The position numbers and the translations under genes were made by a program. The notes under the pieces were generated by a model. It was not told the DNA's origin, did not search any database, and was given only the letters and a program-made list of their open reading frames with translations. A stretch of 64,000 nucleotides of DNA from Nitrospirota bacterium (GTDB taxonomy: Bacteria > Nitrospirota > UBA9217), in assembly GCA_963796285.1 (NCBI GenBank), contig CAWCKW010000003.1, forward strand, positions 224,001 through 288,000, in the 5' to 3' direction. Positions 19,020 to 29,872 of the stretch are shown piece by piece (position 1 is the stretch's first letter; the number at the start of each line of letters is the position of its first letter).

Positions 19020-21120
19020 ATGCCCGTCATACAGCGGAGCATCCACGACCCGGAGGATCATTCCCGAACGGGATTTTTCGACAGTTATCTTTTCCCTGTT
19101 CTGCTGCTGATTATTGCGGCACTGGCCGTGTATTCCAACACGCTTCAGGTTCCGTTTCAGTTCGATGATCCCACCAATATTACGGACAACCCCCTGGTCC
19201 GGAACGTCCGTAATTTCGAAAATTGGGATGTCCTGATGCAGCCGAGGTCGCTCACCAATCTCACCCTTGCGCTGAACTTCCGGTTCAACGGTACGGCGGT
19301 TGCCGGCTATCACGTCGTCAACATCCTGATCCACCTTATCAACGCTCTGCTCGTTTACGCGCTCGTTGCGCTGCTCTTCCGGACCCCCGCATTGCTCCAG
19401 TCTTCATTGAAGAAGCACGCAGGCGTCATCGCCCTTTTTGCGGCCCTCCTCTTCGTCACTCACCCGGTCCAGACGGGCGCGGTCACCTATATCGTCCAGC
19501 GCCTGGCCTCTCTCGCGACGCTGTTCTTCCTCGCCAGCGTCTCGGCCTATCTGAACTCGCGGCTTGCCGCTGAGGACCGCCGGTCGAACAGGGTCCGGTA
19601 CTTGTGGTACGTGGTTGCTCTCGTCTCGGCGGTCCTTGCGATGAAAAGCAAGGAGACGGCGTTCACGCTTCCGATCATGCTATGTTTGTGCGAGTTCCTC
19701 TTCTTCACCGGTGGTTTGCGAAAAAGGATCGCTTTTCTGCTGCCCTTTCTCCTGACCATGCTGATCATCCCGTTCTCCCTGCTCGGGACGGGAAAGCCGC
19801 TTGGCGATATGGTGGGCGATGTGAGCAGAGTCACGCGGCTCGAAACAAACCTGCCGAGAACAGAGTATCTTTTTACCGAATTCCGGGTCATCGTCACGTA
19901 CCTGCGGTTGCTGCTGTTCCCCGTGAATCAGAATCTTGACTATGACTACCCTGTCTATCAGTCCTTTTTCGACGTCCCTGTGCTTTTATCCTTTCTTCTC
20001 CTGGCATCCATTTTCGGGTGGGCGCTCTTCCTTCTCCACCGTGACCGGCGTTCTCCTTCCGAAGGCAGGCTTGTCGCCTTCGGCATCCTCTGGTTTTTCA
20101 TCACCCTCTCCGTGGAGTCGAGCGTCATCCCCATCGCCGACGTGATCTTCGAGCACCGGCTCTATTTGCCGTCCGTGGGGTTCTTTGTCGCAGCAACTGC
20201 GCTCCTGTTCCGCGGCGTCGGGAAGCTTCGGCTCCGGCATGCGGTGACGGCGCTCATAGCCGCGCTGTCGCTGGCTGTTGTCGCCTTCGCCGGCCTCGCC
20301 TATGCCAGAAACACCGTCTGGCAGAGCGAGGTGAGTTTGTGGCAGGATGTGATCCGGAAAAGTCCGATAAAGGCGCGGCCCTATAATGGATTGGGTCTGG
20401 CCTTCTTGAATTTGCACGAGTATGACAGGGCGATCGAGTGTTTTGCCAGAGCGATCTCGCTCAATCCTTCCTATGGAACGGCGTTCAATAACATCGGGAG
20501 TGCCTTTTATCTCAGCGGGAGGTACGACCGGGCGGTTGAAGCGCACACCCGGGCCATCGCGTTGCAGCCCGAAAATGCAATCTTTCGAGACAACCGCGGT
20601 CTTGTCTTCGCAGCAATGGGCGACCATGAACGTGCAATGAATGATTACGACAAGGCAATCGCCCTGAACCCGTCTTATGCCATGCCCTATCACAACATCG
20701 GTGTCGTCCTTCACCGCCGCGGCCTGTATGGGGAAGCCATTGAGCGCTACACAAAGGCCATCACGCTGGACCCGGCCAACAGCACCTTCCGGGGCAACCG
20801 CGGCCTGGCCTATGCCGAGATCGGCGATTATGGAAAAGCCATAGCCGATTTTACGCAGGTTATTTTTTTAGATCCCGATAATGTTCAGGCCTACAGCGGA
20901 CGGGGAGAGGTGTATCTCCGGCAGCAGCGATATAGCCGAGGCGGATACGGACCTTACCGAAGCGCTGTCTCTCGATCCGGCCAGTGCCGGTCTCCTGGTG
21001 CTTCGCGGCACAGCACGCGAACGGGCTGGACAACCATCCCAGGCACGCACCGACTTCCAGGCGGCCTGCGACAGGGGTAGTGTTGAAGGATGTAACGCAT
21101 TAAAACGATTAACGCATTAA
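19020..21120 (+). CDS. TMTC-like GT-C glycosyltransferase + TPR (copy 1); frameshift near 20920
   Basis: FQFDD in the first loop, HPVQTGAVTYIVQR, KSKE, EHRLYLPS, then TPRs; the true C-terminus is in ORF 20881-21120 (ACDRGSVEGC). Confidence 0.85.
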
Positions 21121-21286
21121 CATTTTTTCCCCGGTTCCCCTTCTATTTTATGTCTCCCCCCTAAGACCGCTATATCCCCAGAGTAACACCAGACGCTTGG
21201 TGAATTCACCAGGTAAAATAGCTGCCCGAATTCCCCAATTATTATTAAGTTGCTGTAATTAATTAATTTTTTATTTTTTTTCAAGC

Positions 21287-21302
21287 TGGCATGGCCATTG
21301 CT
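21287..21302 (+). promoter_or_regulatory. Sigma54 (-24/-12) promoter of the cytochrome operon
   Basis: TGGCATGGCCATTGCT, a near-consensus match, preceded by an AT-rich tract and the palindrome TGGTGAATTCACCA at 21198-21211. Confidence 0.82.
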
Positions 21303-21391
21303 ATATAGATAAGACAGAAACAAGGAACAAAGTTGATTTACAGGTTACCTCTTTAGAATTTGTTTTCTGGAATCATCGGTTCGGGGTTGCT

Positions 21392-22355
21392 ATGAAAAAG
21401 CGCGGATACAATAATTATTCCACCTCGATCATCATTGCCGCATGCTACCTGGTTGCTTTGGGCAACTATGAACAGGCGCATGCGGTGAATGTAACCTTCA
21501 TGTACACCTTGTCCGATTTTACCGGTCCCATTATATATGACGGAGCAACGGTGTATGTCGATGGGGCCCGGAATGAAGTCTATGTCGTTTCCAAAGGCAT
21601 TGTGAAGGTTTTCAACGACAACGGTATGGAGATCTACCGATTCAACGACGGCGATGAGTTGGGCGCGATCTCTTCTCTTGATTTCGACCAGCAAGGCGAC
21701 ATCTATGCGCTTTCCTATAAGTACGGCTATCTGCAGGCATCCTACAATATCCTTCGCTGCAATTATCGCGGAGAAATACAAAGCACTATTGAAATAAAAG
21801 GGGTCCCCTCAAGCTTCAAGGACTTCATGCCGAGATACATGGCGTACCGTGACCGTAAGTTCTATCTTGCGGACCCATCAAGCCTGAGGATCGTGGTTAC
21901 GGACATGAGCGGTCAGGTCCAGAAAAGCTTCGATTTAATATCCATTCTTGAGCTCAAGGAATCGGACAGGCAAGACACCGAGATGGGTGGATTCAGCGTG
22001 GATAAGGACGGAAACATGCTGTTTACCACGCCAACACTGTTCAGCGCGTCCGTACTATCTCCGGACGGGAAAGATCGCTTCCTTCGGTCAGGCAGGAAGC
22101 ATACCGGGAAAATTCGCGAATATCTCCAGTATCATACGCGACAATCGAGGCAATATCCTGGTGGCGGACAAACTAAAAGACGTGGTGACCGTTTTTGACA
22201 AGAATTTTAATTTCCTGATGGAATTCGGTGGACGAGGAAACGCGCCGGAGAATATTGTAATCCCCATGAACATGGCCCTGGACAGCGACAACAGGCTTTT
22301 TATTACACAGTCCAGCAGCAGAGGGGTAAGCGTTTTCAGGCTGCTGTACAACTGA
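21392..22355 (+). CDS. Secreted NHL-repeat beta-propeller (OscA-like position); frameshift near 22070
   Basis: Signal peptide AHA; joins ORFs 21392-22198 and 21948-22355; blades such as GNILVADK..VTVFD...FGGRG...P...ALD...LFITQ. Confidence 0.8.
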
Positions 22356-22487
22356 AAGCCATTAGTAGAAGAAGGAGGTGATAACCCAAAGAGAGAAGAA
22401 CGTAACCAGCAATTGCAGCAGGCAGTACGCAACAGCAAGTAGTGCAGCATCTCAAACAGGCATGCCGGTATGACCGGCACAGCCATC

Positions 22488-22568
22488 CTCCGTAAATAGT
22501 AAACCCATCGCAAGGTGGGGACACAAAGTCGACAGATCCCGGAAACAGGACGGCCGGGTCTGCCGGAG
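22488..22568 (+). ncRNA. GEMM-I cyclic dinucleotide riboswitch, A20 variant (c-AMP-GMP-type)
   Basis: ctccg-taa-ATAGTAAACCCATC-GCAA-GGTGGGGACACAAAG-tcgacagatcccggaaacaggacggccgggtctgc-cggag. P1 is ctccg/cggag, there is a GNRA tetraloop, and GT pairs with AC in GACACAAAG (covariation). It ends 22 nt before the cytochrome ATG. Confidence 0.85.
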
Positions 22569-22590
22569 CAAATTAACATGGAGGATGTAA

Positions 22591-23857
22591 ATGAAAATCG
22601 TCAAATTTAGCTTTATCCTCGTTGCTGTGCCGCCGTAGTATTCGGCCTCAGCGGCATAGCTTCGCGTTCCATACCGGCGGCGTCGCCGAATGTACTGGTT
22701 GCCACAAAATTCACGATGGTCAACAGGCGCCAACCGTTGCAGGTTGCCGGTGACGAGTTCCACCTGCCTGTCCTGCCACGCGAAATGCGGCCAAAGGCAG
22801 CTACCACATTGCCACGACATCCGCAGACCAGGCCGGCGGCCCCGGCACCTGGCCCGTTAACATACCCCGGGCGGCGACTTCGCATGGCTGAAGAAAGACT
22901 ATCTTCTTGCCGTACGCAGCGACCACAACCACGAACGATGGCTATACCCATGGCCATAACATCGTTGCGGCGACTATGGTTTTGCGCGGATCCGGTCAAC
23001 ACCACCGCTCCCGGCGGCACGTTCCCAGCCGGCAATCTCGCCTGCAACAGCTGCCATGACAACCATGGTCGTAACCGTATTAGCTCGAACATGACCGTAG
23101 CCACGGGCGGCGCGCCGATCATCGGCTCCGGTTCGTACAGCACCAGCGTCATGCCGGCAGCCGGCCAGGCAGTCGGTGTGTATCGTCTGCTCCGCGGACT
23201 CGGCGATGTCCATGCATCGGGCGATGACCTTCGCAGCGATGATCCGCCGTCGTTGCCGTTGCACCGGGCACCTACAACGCGGTCGGAAGGCACTCACTGC
23301 ATACGCGTGTTGCCTACGGCTCCGGTATGTCTGATTGGTGCGCAACCTGCCATCCTGACATGCTTACCGCTACCGCCGCCAAGCACTCGCACCCGGCAGG
23401 CGCTGACGCGTAAGTTCCGGCACGATCAGATGAACAATTACAACGCCTATAAGATGTCGGGCAACATGACCGGCGCGTCGGCGACAGCATACAACTCACT
23501 GAGTCCCGTTCGAAGAGGCGGCACGGGCGGACGGCTGAGCAATTTCATGTCACCCTTAAAGTCCATGGCCAAAGAACGATCGGCGCACCCGATGGGGCGC
23601 GGTATGACGAATTCTCAGGTCATGTGCCTCACCTGCCACGGGCGCATGCCTACAGGCATTCACCCACATGACCAGATGGTTTAACGACAGCGAGTTCATC
23701 GGTCACCAACAGCCTCTATCCGGGTACGGACAACTCGCGGAAAGAGCTACTCCCTGGCTATAATGAGCAGACTATGCCCTTTACTACGGCAGGACCGGTA
23801 ACTCAGTTTGCCACCTATCAGCGGTCTCTCTGCAACAAGTGCCACGCGAAAGACTAA
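22591..23857 (+). CDS. OmcS-family hexaheme cytochrome (copy 1), heavily frameshifted in this consensus
   Basis: GGAGG RBS. Fragments across frames: AFHTGGVAECTGCHKIH, STCLSCH, PGGDFAWLKKDY, HGHNIVAADY, APGGTFPAGNLACNSCHDNHG, VAYGSGMSDWCATCH, VMCLTCH and C-terminal YQRSLCNKCHAKD*, collinear with Geobacter OmcS. Confidence 0.9.
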
Positions 23858-23881
23858 TGTTTGCTAGGTTATCAACTAAAG

Positions 23882-23914
23882 GGAGGGCCGAGAATTGCCG
23901 GCCCTCCTTTTTTT
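23882..23914 (+). terminator. Intrinsic terminator immediately after omcS-like copy 1
   Basis: ggagggccg-agaattgc-cggccctcc-TTTTTTT. Confidence 0.88.
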
Positions 23915-23998
23915 AACAACATATTGAAATTTGGCGTTGATCGTGGTAAAATATCTGCACTTTTCTCGATACATGGAACAAGCGGGTAATTCACCCTC

Positions 23999-25287
23999 AT
24001 GAAAATCATCTAAACTAATCCTGCTTTCGTTGCGCTCATGATGATTATCGGCACAAAGGACCGGATTGCGTTTGCGTTTCACGGGGGTGGCGTCGGCGCC
24101 TGCGATGCCTGCCACAGTATGCATAACGCTTCACCATCCGCCGGAGGAGCACTCTTCAAGGCCTCGGATCCCAGCTCGGTCTGCCTTAATTGCCACGAGC
24201 GGGTAGGCGACATGGGTCCCACGAACTTTCACGTAAGCACGTCGGTTGCCGATATGCCCCCTGGCTATCCGCCAAAGCAGCTCACGCCGGGCGGTGACTT
24301 TGGCTGGCTGAAAAAGAACTATTCTGGCTCCCGGGCGCCTCGCAGCTTCCGATGTACAGCTATGGCGACCGGCATGGCCACAACATTGTGGCGAACGATT
24401 ATTCCTATTTTCCCGATGCGACAAAGGTGAGCGCCCCGGAAGGGAACTATCCCGCCGCGGACCTGACGTGCATCAGCTGTCACGACCCGCACGGAACTAT
24501 CGCAGGGATTCGACAGGCGCCATCAACGCCTCAGGAGCCCAGATCATGGGATCGGGTTCCTTTGCATCCAGTCCCGATCCCCAGCCGGGGATTGCCGTAG
24601 GCGTGTACCGGCTTCTTGGGGGAAGGAATTATCAGCCGAAATCCGTGAGCGGAAACTTCGCTTTCTTGAACGACCCGCCCGCGGCCGTGGCGCCGGACAA
24701 GGCACAACAGATCGGAATCCACGGCCCAGACGCGCGTGGCCTATGGCGCGGGAATGTCCGAATGGTGCCAGAACTGCCATACGACCATGCATACGATCGC
24801 GAGCACGGCAACGCCTACGACGCCGCCGACCCATCCCGTAGGGGGCCTTGCAAAGCTGGGCTCCACGATTTCGAACAGCTACAATGCCTACATCAAGAAC
24901 GGCGATCTCACCGGCAGCATGAACACGTCGTTCCTCTCCCTCGTTCCGTTCGAGGAAGGGACCACGAATTACGCGGCGCTCAAGTCCCATGCCAAAACGG
25001 ATGACTCCTATCTTTTCGGACCCGATGCCATCTCTTCGCAGGTGATGTGTCTTACCTGCCACCGGGCCCATGCCTCGGGCTGGGACGAGGCAACTCGATG
25101 GAATGCCAATACGGACTATATTGTGTACAACGGGTTCTTTTCCCAGGACAGCCAACCATATCAGCCCTACGGCCAGGGCCGGACGGAAGCTGAGGCGCAG
25201 CAGGCCTATTACGCCATGCAGGCAACGAAATTCGCGGTAAACCAGGATACGCTCTGCCACAAATGTCATTCAGGGACGCTCCCATGA
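23999..25287 (+). CDS. OmcS-family hexaheme cytochrome (copy 2, OscC/OmcT-like position), several frameshifts
   Basis: AFAFHGGGVGACDACHSMH, CLNCH, QLTPGGDFGWLKK, HGHNIVANDY, CISCHDPHG, YRLLGGRNYQPKS, AYGAGMSEWCQNCH, SLVPFEEGT, CLTCHRAHASG, LCHKCH (six CxxCH). Confidence 0.92.
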
Positions 25288-26702
25288 CCAGGATATTCTC
25301 TTCCATTACTTCAGGTATCATCTTTTTCGTTTTCGTCCTGGCGGGATGCCGGACCGTCCCTGTGCAGACCATGCCTCCGCTTGAGGATGAAGGCGAGGTG
25401 CTGATCTATCTCCAGCCTTTTCCGGCCGAGGCCGTGGCGCTCCGGTTCACCCTCTCGTCGATCTCCGTGCTCCGCGATGACGGCACGGAATTCCCCCTCG
25501 AGCTTTCAATAACCGATTACTCGGGCAAGAGCATGGCCCGACAGAGACTGATCGCATCGGGGCGACTGCCGGCGGGGCGGTACACCGGTGTTCTCGTCGG
25601 CGCCGGGAGCGCCGTCCTGAAAAACGAAGACCGGACCGAGACGAACCTGATCGTGCCGGAGGCGCCCCGGAAGCAGCAGTTCCTGTTCATTGTGGAGAAA
25701 AAAAAGGCGCTCCTCATCGCGCTCTCGTTCCAGGTTGCGGGATCATTGCAGGAAGGGTCCAATTTCTCTCCTTCGTTCGAGGCCACGGTCCCCACAAGGC
25801 CGCTTGACGATCTGACGGGATACCTGTCGGACAGCGGCGATAACGCGGTCGTGGTTTTCGACAAACTCAGGATGCAGGCGACCGGCGTCATCGCGACCGG
25901 AAGCGGTCCCGGAGCCGTCGTCATCGATACGCGGTCCAGGAAGGCCTATGTTTCCCTGTCCAACGGCGACGCCGTTGACGTCATCGACATGACCACCGGA
26001 TCCATCCTCAACAGGATCACCCTCTTCGGGGGAGACGAGCCTCAGGAGCTTCTGCTCACGCCGGACGGTCAGACCCTGCTCGTGGTGAATGCCGGCTCGG
26101 ACTCGGTGAGCTTTATCGACACGAACTCCCTCGTGGAGCGTGCCAGGGTCGCCGTCGGCCGGCGCCCCCGGTCCCTGTTGATGGACCCGACGGGCAAGAG
26201 AGTGTTTGTCTTCAACAGACTGTCGAACACCATATCGGTCATCGATCTTGCTTACCGCTCTTTGAGCAGCACCATAACCACGGGGCTGGAACCTCTCCGG
26301 GGGCAGTTCAACCGGACGGGCGACAGACTGTACGTGATCCATGCCCAGTACCCCTATTTGTACGTCATTGATCCGTCGTCATTCTCCGTTCTCCAGCAGC
26401 AATTCATGGGGACAGGCATCGTTTCGCTCAAAATCGACACGCGGACCGATCTGCTCTACCTTTGCAAAAAGAACGAATCGGTGATCACGGTCTACAATCT
26501 TTTTACCTTTACTCCGGTTGCATTTATCCCGACCCCGGGCACGGTGGAGTACATGACCATTGATAATGTCACGAATAACCTGTACGCAATTGTGCCGGAA
26601 CAAAAGGTCCTGATGATCATCAATCTTTTAAACGGGAAGACCGAAGGCGAGATTGACGTGAATCGGCAGCCGTCGTGGGTGACCATGACGGGGGAGCGAT
26701 AA
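25284..26702 (+). CDS. YVTN/YncE beta-propeller lipoprotein (OscD-like)
   Basis: LAGC lipobox; YVTN-type repeats (LLVVNAGSDSVSFID...VAVGRRP; VFVFNRLSNTISVID); ATGA coupling to the cytochrome. Confidence 0.85.
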   Translation: MTRIFSSITSGIIFFVFVLAGCRTVPVQTMPPLEDEGEVLIYLQPFPAEAVALRFTLSSISVLRDDGTEFPLELSITDYSGKSMARQRLIASGRLPAGRYTGVLVGAGSAVLKNEDRTETNLIVPEAPRKQQFLFIVEKKKALLIALSFQVAGSLQEGSNFSPSFEATVPTRPLDDLTGYLSDSGDNAVVVFDKLRMQATGVIATGSGPGAVVIDTRSRKAYVSLSNGDAVDVIDMTTGSILNRITLFGGDEPQELLLTPDGQTLLVVNAGSDSVSFIDTNSLVERARVAVGRRPRSLLMDPTGKRVFVFNRLSNTISVIDLAYRSLSSTITTGLEPLRGQFNRTGDRLYVIHAQYPYLYVIDPSSFSVLQQQFMGTGIVSLKIDTRTDLLYLCKKNESVITVYNLFTFTPVAFIPTPGTVEYMTIDNVTNNLYAIVPEQKVLMIINLLNGKTEGEIDVNRQPSWVTMTGER

Positions 26703-26703
26703 G

Positions 26704-28979
26704 ATGGGTTGCGCAAGGAGATCAGCGACCGCAACGGGCCGGGCGGCAGCGTGGACCGGGGGATTCATTGTCAGCTTGTTTTTTTTTTGGTCGCCCCGGC
26801 CGGCCGTGGCCGATTCGATAACCGGCCACGCCGATCTGATCTATACAAGGACTAACTCAGTGTCGGAAGACCCCACGGGAAACCAGCAAAACACGGAAAG
26901 CCGGGGGCTTAATCAGATCTACACCCTGGCCGCGGACAAGATCCTGCTGCCGAATCTGAAGCTCTATGCGAGCGGCATTTTTCAGCAGAATGCGTCCGAC
27001 TCCATAACGAATGGGGAGAAAACATCGTCAACGACGGTCCTGACAAGACCGTATCTCGATCTGACCCTGCGGTCGTCGCCCTTTTCCGGGGGAGTGAACT
27101 ACAGCAAAGTGACGATCGAAACAAGGACTGCCGGCTCCCCCCGGATACCGCTTATTAGCGAGGCCTACAACGGCTTCCTGGGCTGGAAGCCCTCGGAGCT
27201 GCCATCGCTCGACATTAGGATGAATCAAACAAAAAATTACGACCAGGACCGCGTCCAGATCAATACGGAGACCAGAACTGCAAGCGTAAGCTCGGACTAC
27301 TCCCCCGTGAAGACCGTTCATTTGCGGTACTATGGGAACTATACTGATCAAAAAGACCTGCTCGGGGGCAACGAGACGACATCCATTGGACACGATGGAA
27401 GGATCGATTACGGCGACCAGTTCTTCCGCAACCGGCTCTCCCTGACCGCGAGCGGGGAAGAAGCCTACTCGACGACCAGGACCTCGACGGCAACCGGCCA
27501 GGGTACCGTCAGCCAGCAGGTGTTTGCGATCCAGGGTCTGTCCCTGAACACCTTCGACGTCCAGGGACTTTCCCGCATTCAACTTGCCGATGCCTCGTTC
27601 CTGATCGACAATGTGCAGAACGGGCCACGGAACGACAGCAACAATATCGGTGCGAGCCTCTACCCGCAGGACACGACGCCACGGAATATCGGTCTGCAGT
27701 TCGCCGTGCCGAGCGAGGTGAACACGGTCGATGTCTGGGTGTATTCCGTCCATGATACGAAAAATCCCGACACGACGCAGGATTATCTGACAGCCGCCGT
27801 GTCCGGCGCCTATACCTGGGCGGTGTACACGAGTTCGGATAACATCACCTGGAGCCTCTATCAGTCGGGCGTGCCCGCAACCTATACCCCCTTGGCAGGC
27901 CAGCTCGGTGTGGGAAAATTCGAAGTTACCTTCCCGAGCGTGACCTCGCAGTATCTCAAGGTGGTCGTCACTCCCATCGTGCCGTCAGCGGCGGGAACCG
28001 AGGGGCAGAGTTTTCCCGGCGTGTATCTGGCCGAGCTCCAGGCCCTGATCTCCACCTCGGCCGCAAACGCACAGGGTCAGCACTCTGCGAAAACGCAGAC
28101 CCTGAACGTAGCGGCCAAATACACCATCCTGGAAAAGCCCTTCTTGTCCTACGACTTTTCGTATTTTGAAGTTCAGTCGGAGTCGTTCCTTTCCATCACG
28201 AGAAACTCAACCATGTCAAACGGCCTTTCATACAGCCAGAAATATAACACGGTCTTTTCCGGAGGCGCGGGAGTACAACGGATCGACGAGAACGGCAGTG
28301 ATCCGAACAGCCGCAGGGTCATCTATCAGTTGAGCACATCGCTCATGGCGGTCCCCCTGCCCACGCTCCACCACAGTCTTTCCTACAGCTATCAGGACCA
28401 GATATCAGCGGAGGGGGACAGTTCGAGTAATTCGGTGTATATGACGAACGCAGCAGACCTTTATAAGGGCGTCGCCATATACGTGAACGGCGGGGAGACA
28501 TGGGCTGTCGATATAAACCATGAGAGTTCGACATCGGTCCAGTACTCATACGGCTTTACTCTGGCTCCTCTTAAAACACTGTCGATCACCGGTTCCTCCA
28601 CCTATTCCAGGTCCATTTCAAGTACGTCTGTCTATTACTCGCGGAGCGACACCCTCGGCGTGGCCTACTCCCCTTTTACCACAATGTTTATAAGTGCGTC
28701 CTGGACCACGCAGGACGAAACCGCCCATCACGACAGGCTTCAGAACTATTCCTTTAGCTGGTCTCCTTTCCCCGGCGGTGACCTTGTATTCAATCTCGCC
28801 TATCTGGAGACCGTGCAAATGCAGAACAATGCCATCCAAAAGACTCTCCAGGAGTCATTGCGCTGGAATATCAATCGAAAATGTTCGTCCAGACCGGCTA
28901 TGCTGACATTACTGAGAATTCCGATCTCCAGCGCACGCTGGAAAGAACATTTTCAGCGGAGTTAAATATAGTGCTCTAA
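26704..28979 (+). CDS. Large outer-membrane beta-barrel protein with an inserted beta-sandwich domain (OscE-like); frameshift near 28880
   Basis: Signal AVA; Tyr/Ser/Thr-rich amphipathic strands; central WAVYTSSDNITWSLY...QYLKVVVTP segment resembling a discoidin fold; corrected end ...TFSAELNIVL*. Confidence 0.72.
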
Positions 28980-29305
28980 GGGGTAGTTCAAAAGTTCTAT
29001 GAAAACCAGTGAGGCAAATATGAAACCACACCCTGCACTCGCGGTTCCACTCGTAAACGCTGCGCGCAGGCAGTGTGCACTGAGGAATGCTCGGGGGGAA
29101 CCTGAACGCATTGAGCTTTCTTTCAACATGATACACAGTGCTCTCATGGTTGAAGAGTCAAGAGGATGATAAAAGGCGCAAATAAGAGGAGGATCACAGA
29201 GGGGGAGGCGATGCCAAGGACGTTTATATCCCTTAGATTCAAGCAGTTCTCAGAGAACTCTGTGGTTCGATTTTGACATTACGCTCTAGGGGAGAAGGAG
29301 GGTTC

Positions 29306-29872
29306 ATGTTTTTCCGGAAAATCGTATTGATCATGATGATCGCCGGCGTTGTCGGCTGCGGCCGGACGACATCAGATGTCTTTCGGGATCAGGCCATGGA
29401 TTTCGGCTTGATCCAGACCGTTGCGGTTATGCCCTTCGCGAACCAGACGCGGGAACAGACCGCGTCGGACCGCGTTCGGGACGTTTTTATCAACAGACTG
29501 CTGTCCACCGGGGGGGTGTATGCGCTCCCGATCGGCGAGGTGAAGCGGGGAACGTCTCGTGCGGGAATCGCTGAACCCACAGCCCCCTCTCCGGAGGACG
29601 TCGTAAAGTTTGCCGGTATCGTCAAGGCTGACGCCGTGATCACCGGTGACGTGAAAGAATACGGCGAAGTGCGGTCCGGCACTGCCAACGCGACCATGAT
29701 CTCCATAAGCATGCAGATGATGGAAGCACAGACAGGCCGGGTCGTCTGGTCCGCATCCTCAACACGGGGCGGTGTCAGCATGAGCGACCGTCTTTTCGGT
29801 GGAGGCGGAGAACCCATGAACATTGTGACCGAGAGAGCAGTAGATGATATCATCCATAAATTGTTCAAATAG
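29306..29872 (+). CDS. Lipoprotein of CsgG/DUF799/PelC-like alpha/beta fold (OscF-like)
   Basis: AAGGAGG RBS; VVGC lipobox; TVAVMPFAN, ADAVITGDVKEY and TGRVVWSAS motifs. Confidence 0.82.
   Translation: MFFRKIVLIMMIAGVVGCGRTTSDVFRDQAMDFGLIQTVAVMPFANQTREQTASDRVRDVFINRLLSTGGVYALPIGEVKRGTSRAGIAEPTAPSPEDVVKFAGIVKADAVITGDVKEYGEVRSGTANATMISISMQMMEAQTGRVVWSASSTRGGVSMSDRLFGGGGEPMNIVTERAVDDIIHKLFK

Noticed and set aside
22716-23684. 322-aa ORF as an independent protein
   Set aside because: It is a mosaic drifting in and out of the OmcS-like reading frame.
28990-29270. Small gene or RNA between the beta-barrel and the OscF-like gene
   Set aside because: Only short ORFs with no recognisable features, and no convincing structure.
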